Shown: positions 1-7,276 of the stretch, one piece after another
How the letters are laid out: the number at the start of each line of letters is the position of its first letter
Numbering within the stretch: the first letter of the stretch is position 1
Assembly (NCBI GenBank): GCA_039798785.1
Contig: JBDKFG010000104.1
Coordinates: forward strand, 1-10,537
Length of the DNA stretch: 10,537 nt
Source of the DNA: Verrucomicrobiota bacterium
GTDB lineage: Bacteria; Verrucomicrobiota; Lentisphaeria; Lentisphaerales; Lentisphaeraceae
Reading direction: 5' to 3'
Program-made: the position numbers and the translations under genes
Notes under the pieces: generated by a model
What the model was told of the DNA's origin: nothing
The model's database searches: none
Seen by the model: only the letters and a program-made list of their open reading frames with translations

Positions 1-105
1 TACCGACTCGTCGGCGACCCCGCGCCATGAAACCAGGAAACAACCAAAAATAACACCCCGAGGTATCATTACATTTTCCCGCAGGTCAGGTGTTCTGAAA
101 CTAGT

Positions 106-486
106 TTGGCCGATCTCTTTCAAGGGAAGCAATGGTTGCAAGTCGACGATGGTCAGGCCATGCTCATCAGCCTCATCACGCCGCTCCGTGCCGAGGATAG
201 CCTTATCCCCATCAGCGCTGAAGAACTCAAATTCCCTCTGGAACTCGCCTCCGAGCGAAGCTATCCCCAGCAGGACCGTGGCTTGGGGGCCTTCACGAAA
301 TGCGAAGACGACTTCCCTCCCTCGGTGCTGCTCTGGCTCCTGATCCCCTGGCTGCTGGCGCTGCCATGCCCGCGACCCGCTCGCGCCTGGCCCCTCCTCA
401 CCGCTGCTCTCCTCGTGACGATGGCAGCCTTCGACGCCTACGCCCAGCATCGCGATCCCGCGGCGGTCACCTGGTTCTTCCGCTGA
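106..486 (+). CDS. Small hypothetical membrane protein (two C-terminal hydrophobic helices), probable paralog of 660..1073; start uncertain (TTG 106 or ATG 160)
   Basis: Hydrophobic segments SVLLWLLIPWLLAL and AWPLLTAALLVTMAAF. The C-terminus RDPAAVTWFFR and the internal LITPLRAEDSLIPISAE resemble matching segments of the next ORF. The frame is open from 31. Confidence 0.55.
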   Translation: MADLFQGKQWLQVDDGQAMLISLITPLRAEDSLIPISAEELKFPLELASERSYPQQDRGLGAFTKCEDDFPPSVLLWLLIPWLLALPCPRPARAWPLLTAALLVTMAAFDAYAQHRDPAAVTWFFR

Positions 487-495
487 CGCTCCTCC

Positions 496-568
496 CTGGG
501 GCCGCCGCAATCCTTGCGGCGCTGCGCTCCCCCGAACCCGAACGCCGCAAGGATTGCTGCGGCCCCAG
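496..568. repeat. REP/REPIN-like inverted repeat: two 26-bp arms, each itself a palindrome
   Basis: 496-521 CTGGGGCCGCCGCAATCCTTGCGGCG and 543-568 CGCCGCAAGGATTGCTGCGGCCCCAG are reverse complements with 1 mismatch. The left arm contains CGCCGCAA-TCC-TTGCGGCG. Spacer is 21 bp; the element is intergenic. Confidence 0.85.
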
Positions 569-659
569 AAAAAAACCAAACCTGAGTAAGCCATGAACTC
601 CCTCATCCTCAAAACCCTGCCTGAAGCCGAACAATCTGAGCACGATCAGCAATGCCGAG

Positions 660-1073
660 ATGGCTTCATGGAAAACCGGAAGTTCCTCACGCCCTTGGCT
701 CGGCATTCTGGAGGCCCGCGGCAAAAGCGGCAAACACGGGCGAAGCTCAGGATTGATCTATCTGCCGATGGTGACCTATCTGAAGCCTGGGGAGGAACTG
801 ATCCCAGGCAGCGCCGAGGGCTTCCTCGCCCAGTTTCCCCAGCTTCAACAGGCGCAATCTCCGGCCAAGACGGAGCGCCGTTTTTTCACCTGGACGCATC
901 TCTTTGGCGACAGCATCTGGATCCTTTTTCTGCCAGCCCTATTTATGGCCTTGAAGCAGCGCCCGGCCTGGTATTTCCTGAGAACCCTGGGACTCGGCCT
1001 GCTGGTGATTCTGGCGCTTGAATTCTACCTGAAATGGCGGGATCCTTCGGCCCTGACCTGGTTCCTCGGCTGA
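660..1073 (+). CDS. Small hypothetical membrane protein, probable paralog of 106..486
   Basis: Hydrophobic segments IWILFLPALFMAL and FLRTLGLGLLVILALEFYL; ends RDPSALTWFLG; internal MVTYLKPGEELIPGSAE. Converges on comF. Confidence 0.6.
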   Translation: MASWKTGSSSRPWLGILEARGKSGKHGRSSGLIYLPMVTYLKPGEELIPGSAEGFLAQFPQLQQAQSPAKTERRFFTWTHLFGDSIWILFLPALFMALKQRPAWYFLRTLGLGLLVILALEFYLKWRDPSALTWFLG

Positions 1074-1090
1074 GCCCCCCCCTCCCCTTT

Positions 1091-1795
1091 TCAGCCGCGG
1101 GCGAGGGTCAGGACCCGCACTTCGCTGGCGCCGCCTTCGAGAAGGAGGCGGGCGCAGGTGTCGAGGGTGGCGCCGGTGGTCAAGACATCGTCGACGAGGA
1201 GGAGGGTGCCGGAGGGGATGGCGGCGCGGGTCGCGAGTTCGTAGAGCCCTTGCACCGCTTTGCGGCGATGATCCCGGTCGAGTTCGTGCTGGGGCTTGCC
1301 GAAGCGGCGGCGACGTAGAAGATCCAGCTCCGGCACCCCCAGCAGCCGGGCGGCGTCGCGGGCCAGGGACGAGGCGGCGCAGTGTCCGCGCCAGAGGCGT
1401 TTGAGCCAGAACATCGGCACGGCGCAGACCGCGGCGGGCCGGGGGATGGCGACGCCGGCGAGCGCCAGCGGCAGATGCTCGAGGATGACCCGGCGGGATT
1501 TTTCGTCGCCCTGGTATTTGTAGCGGTGGACCAGCTCGCGGGCGGCGCCGTGGAAGGGCCAGAGGCAGGAGGCCTGGGTCCAGGCGGGGGTCTGGCCGAG
1601 ACAGTCGAGGCAGACTTCGGTGGCGGTGTCATTGGTCGCCAGGCAGTGGCGGCAGAGGCCGCGGGAGGGCAGGCGGAAAGCGGGGCGGCACTCCGGGCAG
1701 AGGCGGTCCTCGCCCTGGCCTTCGGTCTCGCCGCAGGCAAGGCAAAGCCCCGGGAACAGCAGTCCGCCGGGGCGATTCCAAGCCGGATCAGGCAT
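1091..1795 (-). CDS. comF: ComF/GntX family protein (double zinc ribbon + phosphoribosyltransferase domain)
   Basis: Four CxxC pairs (CLAC, CPEC, CRHC, CLDC), LVHRYKY, VPM...RG, and the PRT motif LLLVDDVLTTGATL with terminal VRVLTLARG. Confidence 0.92.
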   Translation of the reverse strand: MPDPAWNRPGGLLFPGLCLACGETEGQGEDRLCPECRPAFRLPSRGLCRHCLATNDTATEVCLDCLGQTPAWTQASCLWPFHGAARELVHRYKYQGDEKSRRVILEHLPLALAGVAIPRPAAVCAVPMFWLKRLWRGHCAASSLARDAARLLGVPELDLLRRRRFGKPQHELDRDHRRKAVQGLYELATRAAIPSGTLLLVDDVLTTGATLDTCARLLLEGGASEVRVLTLARG

Positions 1796-1866
1796 CAGAC
1801 AGGCCTCAGTTGAAAGGTGGGGTGAAAAGGAAAGGGGGATTCTGAAGTTGAGCCAAGTCGAAAGCA

Positions 1867-2061
1867 GGATTCAAAATTCCAGATTCAAAATTCAACATAA
1901 CAAAAACGAAATTAAAGATTTAAGATTAAAAATTCGGCGTATTTTGCAGGCTATCAAATGAACAGCCAGGCCTGATGCGTCTCTTTATTCTTGAATGTTA
2001 TATCTTTGATTTCGTTGTTAGTTGTTACTGTCTTGAATTTTGAATATTGAATTTTGAATCC
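1867..2061. repeat. AT-rich imperfect inverted repeat built from ATTCAAA-like heptamers (arms about 1867-1934 and 1987-2061)
   Basis: Left arm: GG ATTCAAA ATTCCAG ATTCAAA ATTCAAC...AACGAA ATTAAAG ATTTAAG ATTAAAA. Right arm reverse-complemented: GG ATTCAAA ATTCAAT ATTCAAA ATTCAAG...AACGAA ATCAAAG ATATAAC ATTCAAG. The outer 29 bp are 27/29 identical. Confidence 0.9.
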
Positions 2062-2074
2062 AATTCCTAAGGCA

Positions 2075-3106
2075 TCAGGTCCGTTCCGCCAGGAGGCGCT
2101 TGATCTCGGCCAGCTCCTGTTCCAGCTTCTCGATCTTGCCGATCTGGAACTCGCGGCGGACGAAGTCCTTGCGGGGCTGGGCGGGGGAGCCGAGGACGAG
2201 GGATTTCGGCGGCAGGTCGGCGGAGACGCCGGACTGGGCCATGACGGTGCTGCCGTCGCCGATCTCGAGGTGGCCGGCAACCCCGACCTGGCCGGCGAGG
2301 GTGACGAAATCGCCGATCCGCGACGAGCCGGCGATGCCGACTTGCGAGACGATGAAGCAGTGGCGGCCGATCCGGACGTTGTGGGCGATCTGGACCAGGT
2401 TGTCGATCTTGGTCCCCTGGCCGATGACGGTGCGGCCGAAGCGGGCCCGGTCGAGGGCGCAGTTGGCGCCGATTTCGACGTCGTCTTCGATCGCGACGAT
2501 GCCGACCTGGGGGATCTTGGCGTGGCCCGTGGCGGAGGGGATGAAGCCGAAGCCGTCGGAGCCGATGACGGTGCAGGGGTGGATGATGATCCGGTCGCCG
2601 AGGGTGCAGCGTTCGCGGATGACGACATTGGGGTGGATCAGGCAATTGGCGCCGACCCGGGCGAAATCGCCGATGACGACGCCGGCGCCGATCACCGTGC
2701 CGGCTCCGATGACGACGCCGCGGCCGAGGACGGCATTGGCGCCGATGTGGGCGTCCGGAGCGATTTTTGCGTCGGCCGCGACGACGGCGCTGGGGCTGAC
2801 GCCGGGGCTGAATTCCGGTGCGGGCGGAGCAAAGAGGTCGACGGCTTTCGAGAAGGCGGCGGAGGCGTCCTTGACCAGTACCAGAGTCTTGTCTTCGAGG
2901 CCGCTCAGGTCGTGGCTTTCGTGGACGAGGATGAGTCCGGCGCGGGAAGGCTTGACTCGGCCGGCGTAGCGTTTGTTGGCGAGGAAGGAGATCTGGGACG
3001 GGCCGGCCTCTTCGAGCGACTCGACGCCGCTGAGGAGGAGATCAGGAGCGCCGACGAGACGGCCTTCGACCAATTGGGCGAAGTCGCTGCTGCTGATTTC
3101 AGGCAT
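2075..3106 (-). CDS. lpxD: UDP-3-O-(3-hydroxyacyl)glucosamine N-acyltransferase
   Basis: N-terminal ISFLANKRY, hexapeptide repeats, [41 protein letters not shown] and [12 protein letters not shown]; directly follows skp. Confidence 0.97.
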   Translation of the reverse strand: MPEISSSDFAQLVEGRLVGAPDLLLSGVESLEEAGPSQISFLANKRYAGRVKPSRAGLILVHESHDLSGLEDKTLVLVKDASAAFSKAVDLFAPPAPEFSPGVSPSAVVAADAKIAPDAHIGANAVLGRGVVIGAGTVIGAGVVIGDFARVGANCLIHPNVVIRERCTLGDRIIIHPCTVIGSDGFGFIPSATGHAKIPQVGIVAIEDDVEIGANCALDRARFGRTVIGQGTKIDNLVQIAHNVRIGRHCFIVSQVGIAGSSRIGDFVTLAGQVGVAGHLEIGDGSTVMAQSGVSADLPPKSLVLGSPAQPRKDFVRREFQIGKIEKLEQELAEIKRLLAERT

Positions 3107-3109
3107 GGC

Positions 3110-3859
3110 TCATTTGCCTTTGGGGCGGGCGGTGTCGTTGAGCAGATCGTTGATATCAGCCCTGGGCTCGGCCTTGTCTTCGGCTTTTTTGCCTTCGTCC
3201 TTCTTCTCATCCTTCTTGTCGGCGGCTTTTACAGTGCCGTCCTTGGCGGCTTCGACGACTTCGGCGGCGGCGCGCTCCTTCAGTGCAGCGGCGACTTCGG
3301 CCTCATGACCGCGGTTGAGGACAGCGAGGACGTCGTTGGTGATATCGAGCTTGGGATCGTTATAGACGACGGTGGGGATGCGGTTCATGGTGACGCCGGT
3401 GGAGTCGAGGACTAGATCGAACTGGCGTTCCTGGGCGAGCTTGCTGACCGCCGCGCTGATCTCCTTGACCAGCTCTTGGCGGACTTCTTCTTGCTTCTTG
3501 CCGAGTTCGCGCTGGACGTTCTGGGTGGTTTCGCCGTACTCGCGCTGCATGCGCTTGAGATCCTCCTCCTTGAGGCTGGCCTCCTTTTTCTTCCGCTCGA
3601 TGACGGCGGGGTCGAGGAGGAAGTTGCTGGCGTCCTTGCGGAGGGCGGCGTACTCCTCGTTGACCTGGCGGAATTTGACTTCCATTTCGCGGGCATTGTC
3701 CTTGGCGATCTGGACGGAGCGTTTGAGATTCTTCTCGGCGTTGATGGTCTTGTAGTAATCGCGGAAAGTCTTCTCCATGTCGATGACGGCGGTGCCGGCG
3801 GCGGCGGCTTGGAGGGAGAGGGCGCAGAGGGCGGCGGAGGCGAAGGTCAGGAGTTTCAT
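3110..3859 (-). CDS. skp: OmpH/Skp periplasmic outer-membrane-protein chaperone with a charged C-terminal extension (alternative GTG start at 3874 overlaps the upstream stop)
   Basis: Signal peptide MKLLTFASAALCALSLQA, then AVIDMEKTF, a long coiled coil, and FDLVLD...VVY...DIT.DVL..LN; canonical position upstream of lpxD. Confidence 0.9.
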   Translation of the reverse strand: MKLLTFASAALCALSLQAAAAGTAVIDMEKTFRDYYKTINAEKNLKRSVQIAKDNAREMEVKFRQVNEEYAALRKDASNFLLDPAVIERKKKEASLKEEDLKRMQREYGETTQNVQRELGKKQEEVRQELVKEISAAVSKLAQERQFDLVLDSTGVTMNRIPTVVYNDPKLDITNDVLAVLNRGHEAEVAAALKERAAAEVVEAAKDGTVKAADKKDEKKDEGKKAEDKAEPRADINDLLNDTARPKGK

Positions 3860-3870
3860 CTTTGGGGGTC

Positions 3871-4350
3871 TCACTCGGGGTTTTCTTTAAGGAATTTGAT
3901 CAGGTCCTGGAACTCGGCGCGGTTGCCCTCGTGGGCATCGACCAGGGTCTGGTGGGCGTCCAGGATATTGCGGTGCTGCTGTTCGCGGCTGAGGACAGGG
4001 TTTTCGAGGCCGCTCAGGGTGGCTTCGAGGACGGCTCCCTCGGTAAAGCGGAAGAGGGGTTTGAGGCCGAGGGTGATCAGGCCTTTTTTGACATCTGGCG
4101 TGCAATTGGCGAGTTCAATGGCGGCCTTCTTGGCCATGGCGCTGCGGCTGGCCATGGCGAGGATGCCCATGAAGGTGGAATCCATGCCGGTGCAACCTGC
4201 GAGATCGAAGGTGATCAGCGGGCAGCCATTCTCGAGGCGGGCGGAGACAAAACGGCGTACCGCCTCGGTGATCTCGAAGGTACCTCGTCCTGTGACCTTG
4301 AGCAGGGACCTGGCAGGCTGGATGGCGACTTGGATAGTGGCTTGACTCAT
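3871..4350 (-). CDS. STAS-domain protein (anti-sigma factor antagonist, SpoIIAA/RsbV-like)
   Basis: LKVTGRGTF, ITFDLAGCTGMDSTFMGILA (DS phosphoacceptor motif), L.TLGL..LF, and a C-terminal ILDAHQTL helix. ATG 4350 chosen over TTG 4389. Confidence 0.88.
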   Translation of the reverse strand: MSQATIQVAIQPARSLLKVTGRGTFEITEAVRRFVSARLENGCPLITFDLAGCTGMDSTFMGILAMASRSAMAKKAAIELANCTPDVKKGLITLGLKPLFRFTEGAVLEATLSGLENPVLSREQQHRNILDAHQTLVDAHEGNRAEFQDLIKFLKENPE

Positions 4351-4597
4351 CTCGGAAGGCCTCACAATTTGCTCGATGTTGCGGCGCAAGATAGACGCTT
4401 ATCGCCAAGATGAAACCGGCTTTTGAGGCGGCACGCCGCGCTTATTTCAGGCAGCACAGTCAACACTGCGTATCCTTGTGACTTAATTGATTGCAACGTG
4501 CGAGGCTGCTACACGATGTGAGGCAAGCGGAAGAATATGGCAGGTCCTTCATGGCTTTCCGAATTGGCGATGGACCTTAGCGAGCCTGAGATTTCAT

Positions 4598-5917
4598 TTA
4601 TAAAAATTTTACGTACTCGTACTTCTTGTAAAGCTTACTGAGGTCACTGTGCTTCACTCTAAATTGACTTCTTCGCTTTGTGGTTGGATTTGCCGCGTTT
4701 TCATTTTCCATTTTTATACCTGGATCGTAATAAACCACTCCTGAGTTTATGGCTTCAAGGAATAGTCGAAAATCGGTTTGTTCGCAAAGAAGTATTTGAG
4801 GTCCATAGCTATATTCCGGTGGAGGCGTTCTAAATAGAGACGGAATGTATGCAGCTTGAGCGTGCTTACGATTCCAGTGTCCAAGTATACTTTCAAATCC
4901 CCAGAACGCCGCAATGTCATCTTGTCTCGAAGTTAAAGTTATGCCACCACTAAAATCAACAATTTTCCCAACGGCACTATCATATCCGGCTAATCCAAGT
5001 TTCAAATTCGTACGACTGTGAAATTCTTTTGCGCACGAGTAAACCCCACCAAAGTTTAGTCGGTTTATCTTCCCTGATGTATCCGGGTAGCCAAAGCGCC
5101 TAATAAATACATCGATTCCGTCATCATGATAAATTCCTCCCGTAGGCTCAGGAGTCATCAGTGTTACTGCTGACTTAGGCTTAAAACTCCGAAAATCTCT
5201 AACTCCATATTGCTTTATTTCCCATCCTAAATAATCTGGCTCAGAGAATCCATTTGGAGATATTCCAAGCTCAGCCTCTAGTGTATAGCCGCCACCATTA
5301 AGCGCGCTGTAATGCTTAAGCTTCCCATTGGCATCAATTTTCTGTGATGGAATCCAGCACTTCTGATAAATCTCCTTTAGCTTTGTGAGCAGAAGAGATC
5401 GTGAGTCCAAACCTAGGGGACTGAGTGTCAGTTCATGAAACACCCCAAATTGGGGGAGTTTTCGACTGTTGATTTCGTGAGCAATTGGATTATCCGAAGT
5501 GCATGCAAATCCAAGGATGTCACCTTCTGGGGTAATCCCCAATATTAGTATTCGCCCTTCATCTCTTACTATCATCACATCAGATGGGGCTTTCGTACAA
5601 GATTTCAACAATCCAGACATTCGGACTTCCGGATATGTCGGGTACATAATCAATTGCGCACCAGGGGCGTTGTGACAGCCATCTGCATCAATCCAGTAGA
5701 ACTTTATAGAAGCTTTAAACCTCTCGGTTTTGCTTCCCGCGCAGGCTTCTATATCCTGCTGAATAGACTGATGCGGAATGATGTTTAATGACGAAAAATC
5801 ACCACCAAGATAAATTTGGTTTTTTGAGTTATCATTTGGAGCTAATTTTTTACAATAAAATCTATTAGCCCCATGAGATTTCATTAAGCTCAGAATTTGA
5901 TTTAGGCAATCAAACAT
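4598..5917 (-). CDS. MvaI/BcnI-family restriction endonuclease with an additional N-terminal domain
   Basis: GGGYTLEAELGISPNGFSEPDYLGWEIKQY (PD...ExK), VTLMTPEP, WNRKHAQAAYIP and VYYDPGIK...RSQFRV. AGGAGG RBS; ATG is 1 bp after the methyltransferase stop; lower GC than flanking genes. Confidence 0.88.
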   Translation of the reverse strand: MFDCLNQILSLMKSHGANRFYCKKLAPNDNSKNQIYLGGDFSSLNIIPHQSIQQDIEACAGSKTERFKASIKFYWIDADGCHNAPGAQLIMYPTYPEVRMSGLLKSCTKAPSDVMIVRDEGRILILGITPEGDILGFACTSDNPIAHEINSRKLPQFGVFHELTLSPLGLDSRSLLLTKLKEIYQKCWIPSQKIDANGKLKHYSALNGGGYTLEAELGISPNGFSEPDYLGWEIKQYGVRDFRSFKPKSAVTLMTPEPTGGIYHDDGIDVFIRRFGYPDTSGKINRLNFGGVYSCAKEFHSRTNLKLGLAGYDSAVGKIVDFSGGITLTSRQDDIAAFWGFESILGHWNRKHAQAAYIPSLFRTPPPEYSYGPQILLCEQTDFRLFLEAINSGVVYYDPGIKMENENAANPTTKRRSQFRVKHSDLSKLYKKYEYVKFL

Positions 5918-5918
5918 G

Positions 5919-7205
5919 TTAACCTCCTGATATCACTCGGCAAATTTCTTTTCCGATAGCCTTAATTACTGGCACAACAACACTGTTTCCAATTTGCTTA
6001 TATGCCTGAGAATCAGAAACTGGGAATTTATAATTTTCTGGATCATAGCCTTGGAGCTGCATGGCTTCTTTGACATGAAGACGGCGGGGCCGATCTTGGT
6101 CGCTTTGCTGCACAAGGATCTCCGCTCCATCCTTGTGATATCTAGCGCTTATAGTTCGTGTCGTTTCGCCTGTTTGAATCGGGAGTTTGTGAAGCCCGTA
6201 GCCGAAGCCATTACCAGCATCTGCGTGATACGATTTATGTCGCTCAAGGGTTGCCCAAGTACCAGGCCCAAGTGTCAAGCCATCCAATTTCGGCTTGATG
6301 ATTGATTTTAACTCTGGGTAATTATAGCCCTCTTCTGGTTTTTCTGGAATGTAAATTTGCTCTTTTTTAATCTTAATTTGTTTTGGATCATAGCCAACGA
6401 TGAAGATTCTTTGACGGTTTTGAGGGACCCAATTGCGGCCATTGACAATTTTCCAATTGATCACATAACCAAGATCTTCCTCAAGCGTTCTTCGAATCAC
6501 TTCAAAAGTTCGCCCCTCGTCATGGCTCATGAGATTCTTGACATTTTCGAGAAAAATGGCTTTCGGTCGCTTGTCGCGAATAATTCGCGCGACTTCAAAA
6601 AATAGAGTGCCCTGAGTTTCGTCTTCGAAGCCATGCTTCCGTCCCAACGAGTTTTTCTTCGAAACTCCAGCCAACGAAAAGGGTTGGCAAGGAAAACCTG
6701 CGCAGAGAACATCGTGATCAGGGATCATTTCTGATGTGATCTTGCGGATGTCACCAAATGGAGTTTCTGCAAAATTCGCCTCATAGGTTTTCTGCGCGTA
6801 CTTATCCCACTCACTGGTGAAGACACATTTCCCGCCGTGCTCTTGCATGCCGAGACGGAAGCCGCCGATTCCTGCAAAGAGATCAATAAAGGTGAATTCC
6901 GGCTGCTCCACCGGAGGATAGGGGCAATCGAAGTGAAAGAGCATAGGCTGGAATTCACTGCCTTCTGCGACTTCCGCACTGCTCCAGTCAAGAGATTGGG
7001 AAAGTTTCTTGAAGACCGCCTTCTGCATGTGAGCAGGGCAATGACAAGGGCTTTGCATCCAGTGCGTAGCTGCTGCATTGAACTCCTCAGACTCCGCAAA
7101 TTCCGGAAAGGCCTTAGCGATTTGAGTCAAGGCAGCACGATGCGACATGCCCCCCTTGGCTTTGGTTATCGGCTTTGGCTTTTTGGCTTTTATCGTGGCT
7201 GGCAT
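5919..7205 (-). CDS. dcm: DNA (cytosine-5)-methyltransferase, Dcm/M.EcoRII-like (probably CCWGG or related CCNGG)
   Basis: Motif I FIDLFAGIGG, motif IV AGFPCQPFSLAGVSKKNSLGR.HGF, motif VI ENVKNL, motif VIII PQNRQRIFIVG, target-recognition GNGFGYG...TRTISARYHKDGAEIL, and motif X AYKQIGNSV. AGGAG RBS upstream. Confidence 0.95.
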   Translation of the reverse strand: MPATIKAKKPKPITKAKGGMSHRAALTQIAKAFPEFAESEEFNAAATHWMQSPCHCPAHMQKAVFKKLSQSLDWSSAEVAEGSEFQPMLFHFDCPYPPVEQPEFTFIDLFAGIGGFRLGMQEHGGKCVFTSEWDKYAQKTYEANFAETPFGDIRKITSEMIPDHDVLCAGFPCQPFSLAGVSKKNSLGRKHGFEDETQGTLFFEVARIIRDKRPKAIFLENVKNLMSHDEGRTFEVIRRTLEEDLGYVINWKIVNGRNWVPQNRQRIFIVGYDPKQIKIKKEQIYIPEKPEEGYNYPELKSIIKPKLDGLTLGPGTWATLERHKSYHADAGNGFGYGLHKLPIQTGETTRTISARYHKDGAEILVQQSDQDRPRRLHVKEAMQLQGYDPENYKFPVSDSQAYKQIGNSVVVPVIKAIGKEICRVISGG

Positions 7206-7276
7206 CGAAAGTCTCCTAGATGATGGGGGTGTGCGGCGCTAAAGTGCTCCACATCTCCCAAAAGGCGAACCCGGCG

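Noticed and set aside
496..575. Intrinsic terminator reading of the hairpin plus A7 run
   Set aside because: The A-run is 3' of the stem on the plus strand, so neither strand has a U-tract after the stem; it fits a REP-like doublet better.
593..1021. 142-aa ORF overlapping 660..1073 in another frame
   Set aside because: The 660 frame is supported by paralogy and hydrophobic helices; this frame has no such support except possibly its first codons.
1620..1961. ORFs reading through the heptamer repeat (SRIQNSRFKIQ; also FKIQYSKFK in 1954..2628)
   Set aside because: These are translations of the 7-bp repeat and largely overlap comF or lpxD; not credible proteins.
2054..3415. 453-aa plus-strand ORF, and other long frames over lpxD/skp (2100..2969, 3476..4345)
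   Set aside because: Antisense shadows of well-supported GC-rich genes; no recognisable motifs.
4390..4597. Possible ncRNA, att site or terminator between the nuclease and STAS genes (AGGTCC...GGACCT; ATCGCCAA...TTGGCGAT)
   Set aside because: Only 6-8 bp dyads, expected by chance; no matching repeat found at the other end of the R-M cassette.
5919..7205. Recombination breakpoint inside the methyltransferase suggested by a GC gradient
   Set aside because: Spot counts of 60-bp lines fluctuated within the 3' half as well, so no clear step can be supported by eye.
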